A stretch of 64,000 nt of DNA from a virus, in IMG/VR virus record IMGVR_UViG_3300025108_000016, one strand, 5' to 3'. The notes beneath the pieces were generated by a model, which saw only the letters and a list, made by a program, of their open reading frames with translations, was not told the DNA's origin and did not search any database. Positions within the stretch are counted from its first letter, which is position 1. Each line of letters starts with the position of its first letter. This document shows, in pieces, positions 55,236 to 64,000 of the stretch. The position numbers and the translations under genes are program-made.

Positions 55236-56632
55236 TGGCAACTAATTCTTCTAAATTTTTTACACCACACTCGGTTTTTATTACTTCGGTTGATGGTGTA
55301 TCCTTTGATCTTACTTCTGCAGTAGGAGCGTTTTCATATTATGAAGATATCTACAAACCATTCATCTCTGCTAGTATGGTAGTGATGGATAGTGGTCAAA
55401 ACTTTATTGGTACTTTGCCTATTCAAGGTGGAGAAATTGTCACCTTTAAGTTAGAAAATGTAAAAAAACAACTAGTAACTTATGAGTTTTGTGTTTATAA
55501 GGTATACAATAGACAGGTAATGAGTAACAAACAAACTTACTGCCTTGCAATGCTATCGAAAGAAGCAATGATTAATGAGAAAACACGATGCTTACAGAAA
55601 CAAAAAGATTTACCTGATCAAATTGTTAGGAAAATTTTAACTGAAGATCTTGGTGTAAAGGCAGATAATATTATTACAGAGACATCTAAGTTTAAAATAA
55701 ACATGTTTCCCAATGGAAGGAAACCACATGCAGTTATACAATCATTGATGGCACGTTGTGTTCCTAAATCTGCTAAGTTCAGGAAAGGTGGTGGAGTAAG
55801 TGACGCGAAACCCAGCGGAGAACTTGGAACTAATGCAACTAAATCATCTGGTACAGCAGGATATCTATTCTTCCAGAATAAAGATGGTTTTGTATTTGAA
55901 TCTATGGATAGGTTATGTTCTGATGGTACTGATACTTTTGGTGGTAAACCACCAATAGCAGAGTATTACTCGCGACCAGCAGTAGATTCTATTACGGAGT
56001 CTTCGTTTAACACTATTGAATTTTATAAGTTTATAGATGAAATTGATATCATGGATAAAATGAACAATGGAATATATTCAACTCACATGTGCTACTTTGA
56101 TCTTGCTGCTCAAAAATATGAAGAGTATAATTATAATATGAAAGAAACATTTGATACCATGTCTCATTTGGGTAGTCAAATTGATGTACCTAAATTCCAA
56201 AAAGAATTGAGTTCTAAACCTAGTAGAGTCATGACAATTCTATTAGATTCTGAGATGTGGTATGACGGAGCAGGTATTGCAAACCCAGAAGAAGATGGTG
56301 ATGCTGAGTTTCCTGATTTTGCCAAATATTATACTGCACAGGCAATTGGTAGACGTTACTTGATGGAGAATCAGAAGTTAGAGATCATGATCCCTGGAAA
56401 TTCAGATCTTAAAGTGGGAGATAAGGTTAAAGTTATGCTTCCTAACGTATCAGCAGAAGCTCTTAGAAACTCTAGTCAATATGATGAAGAAAATAGTGGT
56501 ACATATCTTATTGCTCAATTGTCACATAACTATCAACTAGTAAAAGAAAGCGGCGAACCTGAGTTTACCACCATGGTGAATTTAATCCGTGATACCTATG
56601 GTATGAAAGAATACGACTCGAACGTTAAATAA
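55235..56632 (+). CDS. Baseplate hub (gp27/late-control-D-like) protein
   Basis: YYEDI..LPIQGGE; YLFFQN..F.F.S.D.L; IPGNSDLKVG; SGTYLI..LSH. Confidence 0.7.
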   Translation: MATNSSKFFTPHSVFITSVDGVSFDLTSAVGAFSYYEDIYKPFISASMVVMDSGQNFIGTLPIQGGEIVTFKLENVKKQLVTYEFCVYKVYNRQVMSNKQTYCLAMLSKEAMINEKTRCLQKQKDLPDQIVRKILTEDLGVKADNIITETSKFKINMFPNGRKPHAVIQSLMARCVPKSAKFRKGGGVSDAKPSGELGTNATKSSGTAGYLFFQNKDGFVFESMDRLCSDGTDTFGGKPPIAEYYSRPAVDSITESSFNTIEFYKFIDEIDIMDKMNNGIYSTHMCYFDLAAQKYEEYNYNMKETFDTMSHLGSQIDVPKFQKELSSKPSRVMTILLDSEMWYDGAGIANPEEDGDAEFPDFAKYYTAQAIGRRYLMENQKLEIMIPGNSDLKVGDKVKVMLPNVSAEALRNSSQYDEENSGTYLIAQLSHNYQLVKESGEPEFTTMVNLIRDTYGMKEYDSNVK

Positions 56633-56651
56633 GAGTAGGAGTTATTAAAAG

Positions 56652-59567
56652 ATGGATCAATCATTATCATCACTATACCCCATACACCAGATTGGTTCTG
56701 ACGGATTCTCCTGGTGGATCGGTCAAGTAGAAAGCGATAAAAAAGATGACCCTAAAAGGTCTGGTCGCTTTCGTGTGCGTATTATTGGTCAGCATCTAAA
56801 GACTGGTGAGAATGCTACCGCAACTGAAGAGTTGCCATGGGCACATTTAATGATGCCTGTCACCACACCATTCATTGAGGGTGGTACTGGTGGAGCATCA
56901 CCTGGACTTCAGCGTGGTTGTTTTGTTATTGGATTTTACCTGGACAACGATAAGCAGAAACCTATTATCATGGGTTCTGTTGGTGGTGTCAAGGGAGCAA
57001 CTAAGATAACCAATGATGATCCTGGTTCTGGACCATTAAACTTTACTCCTTTTGTAGATCCTAAAACCAATCCAAAACAACATAGATCTACTGAGAACCA
57101 GAGTGGAAAAAATGAAGATGATGGTAACACTGATAAGGGTGTAGTTGATGCTGATAGAGCAGATGTTAAGAACGGAGCTCCGCCTGCATTACTAGCAGCA
57201 TATGCTAAGCATTCAGAATCTAATCCCACTGGTGGGCAAAGTTGTATTACTATTGCTAATCCTAATTGCGGTCAAGAAAATAACCTAAAGTCTGGTCTTA
57301 CTAAAATTATAGGAGATATGCTTGCTGCTAACCAAGCATCAGGTGGTAACATTGGTGATTATTATATTAGTAAAGTTAACGGATTGTTATATGATGGTGT
57401 AGGTATCGCAAGATATCATATTAATCGTGTTGTTAGACTGGCAAAAAGTTTCATTGCTAGGGGAAAAACAGAAGTAACGAAGGCACTACGTGGTGCAGTT
57501 GATTTTCTCACTAATGCTCTACTAACTGAAGAAACTGTTGTTGGTAATACTGGACCGCTTGCAGATCCAGAGAAAGCATTCAAACCAATCAAAGAAAAAG
57601 GTAACAGGTTCAAAAAAATTAAAGAAATATTTGATGATATTTTTAAAGAACTTGGATGTAGTATTGCTGACATCACTGACACTATTTCTAAGTTCATTAC
57701 AGATTTGCTTCTCGGATATATTACAGACGTATTCAACAATGCTGCATGTTTTATTGATACCTTGGTTGATGGTATTCTAAATGAAATTCTAGCAAAATTT
57801 GATGAGTTAGTAAACAAAATTCTTGCACCAATTCAAGCAATTCTAGAAGCAATTGCTGCACCATTGAATTTCATCGGTGGCATCATCAATAAGTTCATGA
57901 AGTTGCTCGGTATTACATGTACTGGACCTGGACAGAAGTGTGAACCAATTTCTCAGAAGTGTACTGATTGTGCTACAGATGATGGAGGTGATGATCTTGA
58001 CAAATTACTGAAGAAAATTGAAGAAGGCATTGGCGATCAATCTTTGTTTGTATGTCAAGAATCAAAACAAGTTCCACCACCACCAACTACAGATATTAAT
58101 TTTGTAGGTGGTGTACCTAACGACTTCACTCCGTCAGAAAAGAATGAAGTTCCTTCGGGAGATGAAGTTATTGAGTACTTCCCGCCAGACGATGATGATG
58201 AGTTTGATGACGAGGATGTTCCAGAAGATGTATTAGAAGATCCTATTGTTATTGATGATGATGTGCTTCCACAACCTGTATTACCAGTAGGTGACGAACC
58301 ATTCTTGACAATTGAAACTGCTAAGTCAGTCTATCAAGAGGGAGAAAGTGTAACCTATCTAATTACAGGTCTTAATATTCCTAACGGAACTATTCTAGAC
58401 TGGCAACTTTCTGGTCCTGCTATCACCACTACGGATATTGTTGGTGATCTGGGTGGTCAAGTTACTATGAATAATAATGCTGCTGAAGTTCCTGTCGTTA
58501 TTGCTAACGACAACGTAACAGAACTAGTACCAGAACTATTGAGAATGGTCGTTGCATCTGCTAATGCAATTACAGTTGATGGTACTGACTTTACTCCAGA
58601 AGCAATCACTGATGTAGTTATTGATTCCAATATCGGAGCACCAGTTGCACCTGATCCATCTCAAGTACAAGTTTGGAATATTACTACAGATAAGAATTCA
58701 TATCAAGAGGGTGAAGACGTACTAGTAACAATTACAACTGAAAATGTTCCTGATAATACTGAAGTAACATACTACATGATTGGTAGTGGAATTAGTGCTT
58801 CTGATTTTGTAACTCAATCTTTATCACAAACCCTAGTAATTAAAAATAATGTTGCCGTATTTATTCTTGGCATTGAAGATGACACAGTTGTAGAAGGTGT
58901 TGAGCAAGCAACTATTATTTTAGTTGGTAAAGGAGTTGAAACATCATTCAATATAACTGAGACTGGAACTGGTGGAGAGAATGAAGATGATACTGGTAGT
59001 GATGGTGGTAGTGATGAAGATGAGTTTACTATCACTAAACCAGTAGCAGGAGAACCTATCACTGATGATAATGGTTCGTTAGTTTATATTCCTATCGTAT
59101 ATCCTGGTGGTCCATATCAGACACCCCCTCAAGTTATCATTAGTGGCGGTGGTTATGGTGCAGGTGCTATTGCACTTCTAGATGATGCAGGATTTGTTAG
59201 TGAGGTTAGAGTCACTCGTCAAGGTGTTAACTACACAGCAAATACATCAGATAACAATGGAGTGGAATGTATTATCGACTCCTTTACTCTCCTTGCTCCT
59301 GGCGTTGGATACACTGAAGTTCCTGAAGTTTATATCAATGGAGAAGCGGGAGTTGCGGAAGCAACTATTGATACTAGAGGTTTTGTTGTTAGTATTAGGA
59401 CATTAGATAGAAACAGAAGATTTAAATCAATGCCAGCTGTTAGTATTATAGGTGGTAATGGTGCTGGTGCTAGATTCTTACCTAATATGGCATGCCTAGA
59501 TAGTATTGAACTTGAGCGTAGAGGTTACGCCAAGATTGGAACGGGTTCTTACATTGATTGTCCATAA
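56652..59567 (+). CDS. gp5: gp5-like hub protein (N-terminal OB fold; no T4-type lysozyme seen)
   Basis: WWIGQVE; RFRVRIIG; LPWA; VIGFYLD..QKPIIMG; tandem Ig/Calx-like repeats. Confidence 0.8.
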   Translation: MDQSLSSLYPIHQIGSDGFSWWIGQVESDKKDDPKRSGRFRVRIIGQHLKTGENATATEELPWAHLMMPVTTPFIEGGTGGASPGLQRGCFVIGFYLDNDKQKPIIMGSVGGVKGATKITNDDPGSGPLNFTPFVDPKTNPKQHRSTENQSGKNEDDGNTDKGVVDADRADVKNGAPPALLAAYAKHSESNPTGGQSCITIANPNCGQENNLKSGLTKIIGDMLAANQASGGNIGDYYISKVNGLLYDGVGIARYHINRVVRLAKSFIARGKTEVTKALRGAVDFLTNALLTEETVVGNTGPLADPEKAFKPIKEKGNRFKKIKEIFDDIFKELGCSIADITDTISKFITDLLLGYITDVFNNAACFIDTLVDGILNEILAKFDELVNKILAPIQAILEAIAAPLNFIGGIINKFMKLLGITCTGPGQKCEPISQKCTDCATDDGGDDLDKLLKKIEEGIGDQSLFVCQESKQVPPPPTTDINFVGGVPNDFTPSEKNEVPSGDEVIEYFPPDDDDEFDDEDVPEDVLEDPIVIDDDVLPQPVLPVGDEPFLTIETAKSVYQEGESVTYLITGLNIPNGTILDWQLSGPAITTTDIVGDLGGQVTMNNNAAEVPVVIANDNVTELVPELLRMVVASANAITVDGTDFTPEAITDVVIDSNIGAPVAPDPSQVQVWNITTDKNSYQEGEDVLVTITTENVPDNTEVTYYMIGSGISASDFVTQSLSQTLVIKNNVAVFILGIEDDTVVEGVEQATIILVGKGVETSFNITETGTGGENEDDTGSDGGSDEDEFTITKPVAGEPITDDNGSLVYIPIVYPGGPYQTPPQVIISGGGYGAGAIALLDDAGFVSEVRVTRQGVNYTANTSDNNGVECIIDSFTLLAPGVGYTEVPEVYINGEAGVAEATIDTRGFVVSIRTLDRNRRFKSMPAVSIIGGNGAGARFLPNMACLDSIELERRGYAKIGTGSYIDCP

Positions 59568-60643
59568 TGGCCATTAAAAATACAAGCAACAACGCGAGCA
59601 CAAAACAAGCAGATCTTCAGAAAAAAGGTCCAGCAAGACCTGAAGGTGCTGATGCTTTAGATGAAGGTCAGTTTACTAGTGGTAATTTTCATGTCATAGC
59701 AACCAAACATGGTTGGACTATGGGTTCATATGAAAATGAAGATGGAACCACTGGATTCATCATGACTAATGGTCAGTCCATGTTCCACTTTGATGTCAAT
59801 GGTAACATAGTATTAGCAACTGGTAAACCAGGACAATCAGGTTGTGGTGGTAAAGTTGTAATTCATGCTAAAGATCATCACGAAAAAACTGATTCGTATG
59901 CGTTGCATGTACGTGGCAACGATGATGAAGATACAAAAGAAGAAGATGGTAGTGTCACGAAATCGGCACCATATTCAATTTATGTTGAGGGGGATGTTGC
60001 TATTGAAGCACAAGGTGGTGATATTGGACTAAAAGGTGACAATATCACACTAAATGCTCTTAATAATCTTATTTTACGTTCAGGAGAGAATATTAACCTA
60101 GAACCCGCAGAAGGTCAAGGTAAAATTACTGCTGTGTGTACAGATTTTAACGTTGACTCGTCTTTTTCTAGATTTACTACTAGTGGAGGATTCTACGTTG
60201 ATGGTAGTGGTGAATTCAGTGTCAACCAGAAAAATAAAACTGGTGGTCAAGTTGCATTCAATACTCTTGGTACAATTAATCAAGTGATGAAGGGCGACCT
60301 TAATATCAGGGCAACGGGTAACATTCAGTTAGAATCTGATTTTGGTCACCTATTGTATAAAGCAACCAAAGGTGGATCAGCAACAACCCTCAATGGGGAC
60401 GAAAGCAAGACTGTAAGGGGTCTCAAGAATCTGACAGTAATCGGCAAGGCAATCAACCTAGAGGATCCCCCAGCGGCATACAAGATGGTCCTAGGCAGTT
60501 CTGTAGGGGGATCACTGGATATCAAAGCTGCATCCTTCTTTAAAGGGTCCTTCAAGGGCACTACGATCCTGGATAGCACTGCCATCAACCTGGTTGCAAA
60601 AGCAGCAATCACCATGACGGGTAAATCAATTTTCTTAAACTGA
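59567..60643 (+). CDS. gp5 C-terminal-like beta-helix spike protein
   Basis: Repeating beta-helix pattern (VEGDVAIEA.GGDI, GDLNIRATGNI); ends GKSIFLN. Confidence 0.65.
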   Translation: MAIKNTSNNASTKQADLQKKGPARPEGADALDEGQFTSGNFHVIATKHGWTMGSYENEDGTTGFIMTNGQSMFHFDVNGNIVLATGKPGQSGCGGKVVIHAKDHHEKTDSYALHVRGNDDEDTKEEDGSVTKSAPYSIYVEGDVAIEAQGGDIGLKGDNITLNALNNLILRSGENINLEPAEGQGKITAVCTDFNVDSSFSRFTTSGGFYVDGSGEFSVNQKNKTGGQVAFNTLGTINQVMKGDLNIRATGNIQLESDFGHLLYKATKGGSATTLNGDESKTVRGLKNLTVIGKAINLEDPPAAYKMVLGSSVGGSLDIKAASFFKGSFKGTTILDSTAINLVAKAAITMTGKSIFLN

Positions 60644-60649
60644 TTACGG

Positions 60650-60697
60650 AAATTCCGAAAAAAATTCTCTGCCCAAAAATGCCTCAAAAAGTCGAGC
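60650..60697 (+). repeat. 48-bp A-tract element copy 3
   Basis: AAATTCCGAAAAAAA..AAAAAGTCGAGC; abuts a TTGACA(60698)-17-TAGGAT promoter. Confidence 0.75.
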
Positions 60698-60788
60698 TTG
60701 ACAAAACCGCAAAACCCCAGTAGGATGACTCTGTTAAGGGTTCAAAGGTTATTGTAGCTCTAAATACTTAAGGAAATCGAGTGAGCAG

Positions 60789-61103
60789 ATGCTATCTACA
60801 CAATACCGACTACGACTGGAATTTATTTGTAAATGTATTGCGAATGGGGAAGAAGTGAAATTGTCCGATATGATTTGGGCAAATAAACTTGCTAAAGCAA
60901 ATACTACTGCTAATGAAATGTTAAAGATGGCACGTCGCCAGATTACTAACAAAATTGAAGAAGGTAGTATGGATGATTTTATGAATAGGATGGGTTTAGG
61001 AGATCCCGATCCATCCAACCACAAAAAGGGGTTTACATCTGCAGATGATGTGTTAGAATGGTTCCAGCAAGACAAACCTGACGACTGGAGACAACGTGAC
61101 TAA
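60789..61103 (+). CDS. Cyanophage hypothetical protein
   Basis: MLSTQYRLRLE.IC..DWRQRD. Confidence 0.8.
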   Translation: MLSTQYRLRLEFICKCIANGEEVKLSDMIWANKLAKANTTANEMLKMARRQITNKIEEGSMDDFMNRMGLGDPDPSNHKKGFTSADDVLEWFQQDKPDDWRQRD

Positions 61104-61200
61104 GAAACAATATAAGCAATTGCTGCTAGACCACTTTACTGAGAGGTTGAATAAACTCACAATAAAGGAACTGAAGGAACTTGCATCGAGGCATACGTGA
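61096..61200 (+). CDS. 34-aa hypothetical peptide
   Basis: GGAG SD with GTG start; coupled to neighbours. Confidence 0.5.
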   Translation: MTKKQYKQLLLDHFTERLNKLTIKELKELASRHT

Positions 61201-61343
61201 AGGATTATGTCAGTATCCAGACATGGGATCCAGTACTGGAAATGATGCGCTACCATTGGGTACACAAAACTGAAAAAGATCCTGTAGGGTTTGTAAAAAA
61301 TCTTAATCCAAATGAAATACATCTTGAAACAACATGGAAGTAA
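61197..61343 (+). CDS. 48-aa hypothetical peptide
   Basis: GAGG SD; GTGA coupling; WDP..RYHWVHK. Confidence 0.55.
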   Translation: MKDYVSIQTWDPVLEMMRYHWVHKTEKDPVGFVKNLNPNEIHLETTWK

Positions 61344-62032
61344 TTATTGAAGGTAAGGTCAAAACTGTATACGCAGGTGATGATGCTGATCGTGTCATCA
61401 TTGAGTATCATGATAGAGTGACCGCAGGTAATGGTGAGATGGTAGATCATCCTTTAGGAAAAGGATCCCTCTGCTGTAGTATCTCTGCTCTTATCTTTGA
61501 GAAACTTGCTAAAGAACATATTCCAACTCATTACATTAATATGGTTGGTGCTAACAAGATGATCTGTAAGAAGGTGGATATTGTTCCACTAGAAGTTATT
61601 TGTCGCAATCGTGCTGCTGGATCTATTGTTCGTGAGACAACTCTTCGCGAAGGGTACTCACTACCACATCCTATTGTAGAGTTCTTTCTGAAAGATGATA
61701 GTAAGCATGATCCTTTGCTTACACCTGATCGTGTGAAACTAATGGGATATAATCCCGAACCTTTCATTGAGATGACACTACGTATCAATGACATCCTTCG
61801 TTCATTGTTCTACATCTTAGGTATTGACCTAGTTGACTTTAAGATCGAATTCGGTTATACTGCCCATGGTGAGTTGCTACTTGCTGATGAGATCAGTCCT
61901 GACTGCATGAGACTCTGGAAGATTGGTGGTGATGAACGATTTGATAAGGATCTGTTCAGAAACGATGAGGGGGATATTGTACCTGCTTATCGTGAGATCC
62001 TTGACCGACTACAACCTCTTGCTATTCAATGA
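61334..62032 (+). CDS. purC: SAICAR synthetase
   Basis: EGKVK; PLEVICRNRAAGS; LVDFKIEFG; LADEISPDCMRLW; DKDLFR. Confidence 0.95.
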   Translation: MEVIIEGKVKTVYAGDDADRVIIEYHDRVTAGNGEMVDHPLGKGSLCCSISALIFEKLAKEHIPTHYINMVGANKMICKKVDIVPLEVICRNRAAGSIVRETTLREGYSLPHPIVEFFLKDDSKHDPLLTPDRVKLMGYNPEPFIEMTLRINDILRSLFYILGIDLVDFKIEFGYTAHGELLLADEISPDCMRLWKIGGDERFDKDLFRNDEGDIVPAYREILDRLQPLAIQ

Positions 62033-62301
62033 AACATCACATTCCTGATGAGATTAGAAAGAATGCATTCACCTGCTTCACTAGTTTGAATGAAGCAGAG
62101 CGAGCAGTTGTTCTACTTGGTGATGATGCTTATAGAGAGTCATTAGACCTTGAGAATGATGATGCTCCCTGTTGGGTTATGAATTCTGGAGAGACACATG
62201 GGTTTGTAGGTTGGAACCCTATATGTGTCCCTACCATGGAATACATTGTATGGAAACTAGATCGTCGTGGAAAAATTGCTAGAGGTGAAATCATTGGATA
62301 A
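62029..62301 (+). CDS. Hypothetical protein
   Basis: Coupled 90-aa ORF. Confidence 0.7.
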   Translation: MKHHIPDEIRKNAFTCFTSLNEAERAVVLLGDDAYRESLDLENDDAPCWVMNSGETHGFVGWNPICVPTMEYIVWKLDRRGKIARGEIIG

Positions 62302-62464
62302 GTTATCAAAAGATGAGATGAGAACTAAGATCAAAGAGTTCTCTACACTTCTCAAAAGTCAAAGAGAGCATTGGGACAAGGAAGGTAAGATTGGATTCAC
62401 CTATTCTTGTGACCTTATCTCACAATCACTCATTACATTATACATTCGTTTAGGAAGAGACTAA
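62294..62464 (+). CDS. Hypothetical protein
   Basis: TTG start after GAGGTG; coupled to neighbours. Confidence 0.6.
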   Translation: MDKLSKDEMRTKIKEFSTLLKSQREHWDKEGKIGFTYSCDLISQSLITLYIRLGRD

Positions 62465-62664
62465 TGGCACTATCAAAATCAGTTCAAGACTCGCTCAATG
62501 AAGCAGAATCATCACTACGTAATGCTCTAGCATTTGCTGCTAGACAAGAACGTCCCATTGCTTGTACCCAAATTTCCAAGTTGATTGGTGACATTGAGAG
62601 TATCGGATCTTATGACGAACTTCTTGACTCACTTGACTCACTTACGGATGTTAAAAATCAATGA
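62464..62664 (+). CDS. Hypothetical protein
   Basis: MALSKSVQDSL.EA..LRNALAFAARQE. Confidence 0.75.
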   Translation: MALSKSVQDSLNEAESSLRNALAFAARQERPIACTQISKLIGDIESIGSYDELLDSLDSLTDVKNQ

Positions 62665-63596
62665 TGGACTATAAAACTTCTGGCGTTGACATTATTAAAG
62701 GACGATCCTTTACAGAGTATCTCAAAGTATTGGCACCTAGAATTGGTGGGTTTAATGGAATGATTCATGTCCCGCCAGGATATGATCAACCTGTACTTGT
62801 ATCTGGTGCTGATGGTGTGGGTACTAAGATTAACATTTGTAGAATTGCTGCTGATTATACTACTATCGGTATCGATTTGGTTGCCATGTGTGTCAACGAT
62901 GTGATCTGCAGTGGTGCTAAACCACTATACTTTCTAGACTATATCTCTACCAAATCACTTGATGCTAATGTCAGTGACATTGTGTATGGAGTTGTTACTG
63001 GATGTGGACTCTCTGGAATGGATCTCCTCGGTGGAGAAACTGCAGAACATTACAGAGCAACTGACTATGACCTTGCTGGTTTCTGTACTGGTGTTGTAGA
63101 GAAGAATGAGGTTGTTGATGGTCAGAATATTAGACCAGGTGATGTAGTCATTGGTATTGAGAGTAGTGGTCTTCATAGTAATGGATACACTCTTGTCAAT
63201 GATATGCTGTGGAGAAATTACATTTTCTACAAAGAGATGCCTGAGTTGCTAACACCAACCACCATCTATTCTCCACTGGTACAGCACCTGTTAGATGAGG
63301 TTCCTATCCTAGGCATGGCACACATTACTGGTGGTGGCATCCCTGAGAACCTCCCACGATGCCTTCCCGCTTCGATGAAAGTTGATGTTAACTATGATGC
63401 ATGGGAGAGACCAGAGATCTTTAACAAACTCCAACAGGCAGGAGACATTGCTGAGGAGGAAATGAGAAATGTATTCAATCTAGGTATTGGATTCTGTTTG
63501 GTTGTACCTGAAGAGGTAGCAACGTTGACCCAGACTCTCATTGCCGATACCCCATATGGTATGAAATCTTGGGTTATTGGTAAAGTTTATGAGTAG
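62661..63596 (+). CDS. purM: AIR synthetase
   Basis: YKTSGVDI; DGVGTK; GGETAE; SSGLHSNG; HITGGG; FNLGIG. Confidence 0.95.
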   Translation: MMDYKTSGVDIIKGRSFTEYLKVLAPRIGGFNGMIHVPPGYDQPVLVSGADGVGTKINICRIAADYTTIGIDLVAMCVNDVICSGAKPLYFLDYISTKSLDANVSDIVYGVVTGCGLSGMDLLGGETAEHYRATDYDLAGFCTGVVEKNEVVDGQNIRPGDVVIGIESSGLHSNGYTLVNDMLWRNYIFYKEMPELLTPTTIYSPLVQHLLDEVPILGMAHITGGGIPENLPRCLPASMKVDVNYDAWERPEIFNKLQQAGDIAEEEMRNVFNLGIGFCLVVPEEVATLTQTLIADTPYGMKSWVIGKVYE

Positions 63597-63888
63597 TAAG
63601 ATGCTGTTCCTGGTTGACATTGGCAATGGTAGATGTGTCAGTCACGATGGATACATTCAGATTGGTATTTTCTCACATAGTGTAGAGAAGCATCTAGAGT
63701 TAAATCCAGAACAAGAATGGCAGGTCACTTATTGGATGCCTGATCCATTCTGTATTAGATACCCACGACCAAACTATCAGCATACCATGAAGGCGAATGA
63801 GGGTTCACCTAGAACTGATAATGCTATGGATAGTAGACCAAGAGACTTCCCTGACCAAGCAACTGAAAGACTTGAGAGAACATTATGA
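63589..63888 (+). CDS. Hypothetical protein
   Basis: WQVTYWMPDPF.IRY.R. Confidence 0.7.
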   Translation: MSSKMLFLVDIGNGRCVSHDGYIQIGIFSHSVEKHLELNPEQEWQVTYWMPDPFCIRYPRPNYQHTMKANEGSPRTDNAMDSRPRDFPDQATERLERTL

Positions 63889-64000
63889 AGATGTGGGAGA
63901 CAAAGTGCGTTGGTTGTGGTAAGATGATACCAGCGAATCAATGCCCTCAGGTTGGATGCTATGTCCCATCCGAGAAAAGATATAAAAATTCGTTATGTAA
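63885..64000 (+). CDS. 3'-truncated Cys-rich (Zn-finger-like) protein
   Basis: MKMWETKCVGCGK..CPQ; runs off the window end. Confidence 0.55.
   Translation, partial: MKMWETKCVGCGKMIPANQCPQVGCYVPSEKRYKNSLC

Overview
This 64 kb window comes from an AT-rich T4-like cyanomyophage, most likely a marine Synechococcus phage. Core T4-like genes: primase gp61, nrdA/nrdB, glutaredoxin, RNase H, thyX, phoH, gp33, gp32, and a baseplate/tail module (gp53, gp48, gp2, gp4, gp19/54-like, gp26, gp51, two tape-measure-like muralytic paralogs, hub, split gp5). Auxiliary metabolic genes: psbA, psbD, two hli, petE, petF, gnd, talC, CP12-like, speD, purC, purM, a flavin-dependent halogenase and three 2OG-Fe(II) oxygenases. 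There are also three tRNAs, three large tail-fibre/structural genes and several structured RNAs. Four signals stand out. (1) A nitrogen-sensing cassette: NtcA box, sigma70 promoter, tandem glutamine-riboswitch aptamers (the second encloses a complete 55-codon ORF in its P2 loop), then a DUF4278 peptide. (2) Two in-phase -1 slippery sites: one would fuse gp26 to gp51 in a lambda G/GT-like position, the other would extend a modular, possibly head-internal protein. (3) A 48-bp A-tract element in three copies that brackets the baseplate module. (4) A late-expressed cluster of membrane/exported proteins of unknown function. All calls come from reading the sequence and recognising motifs; no database searches were run.
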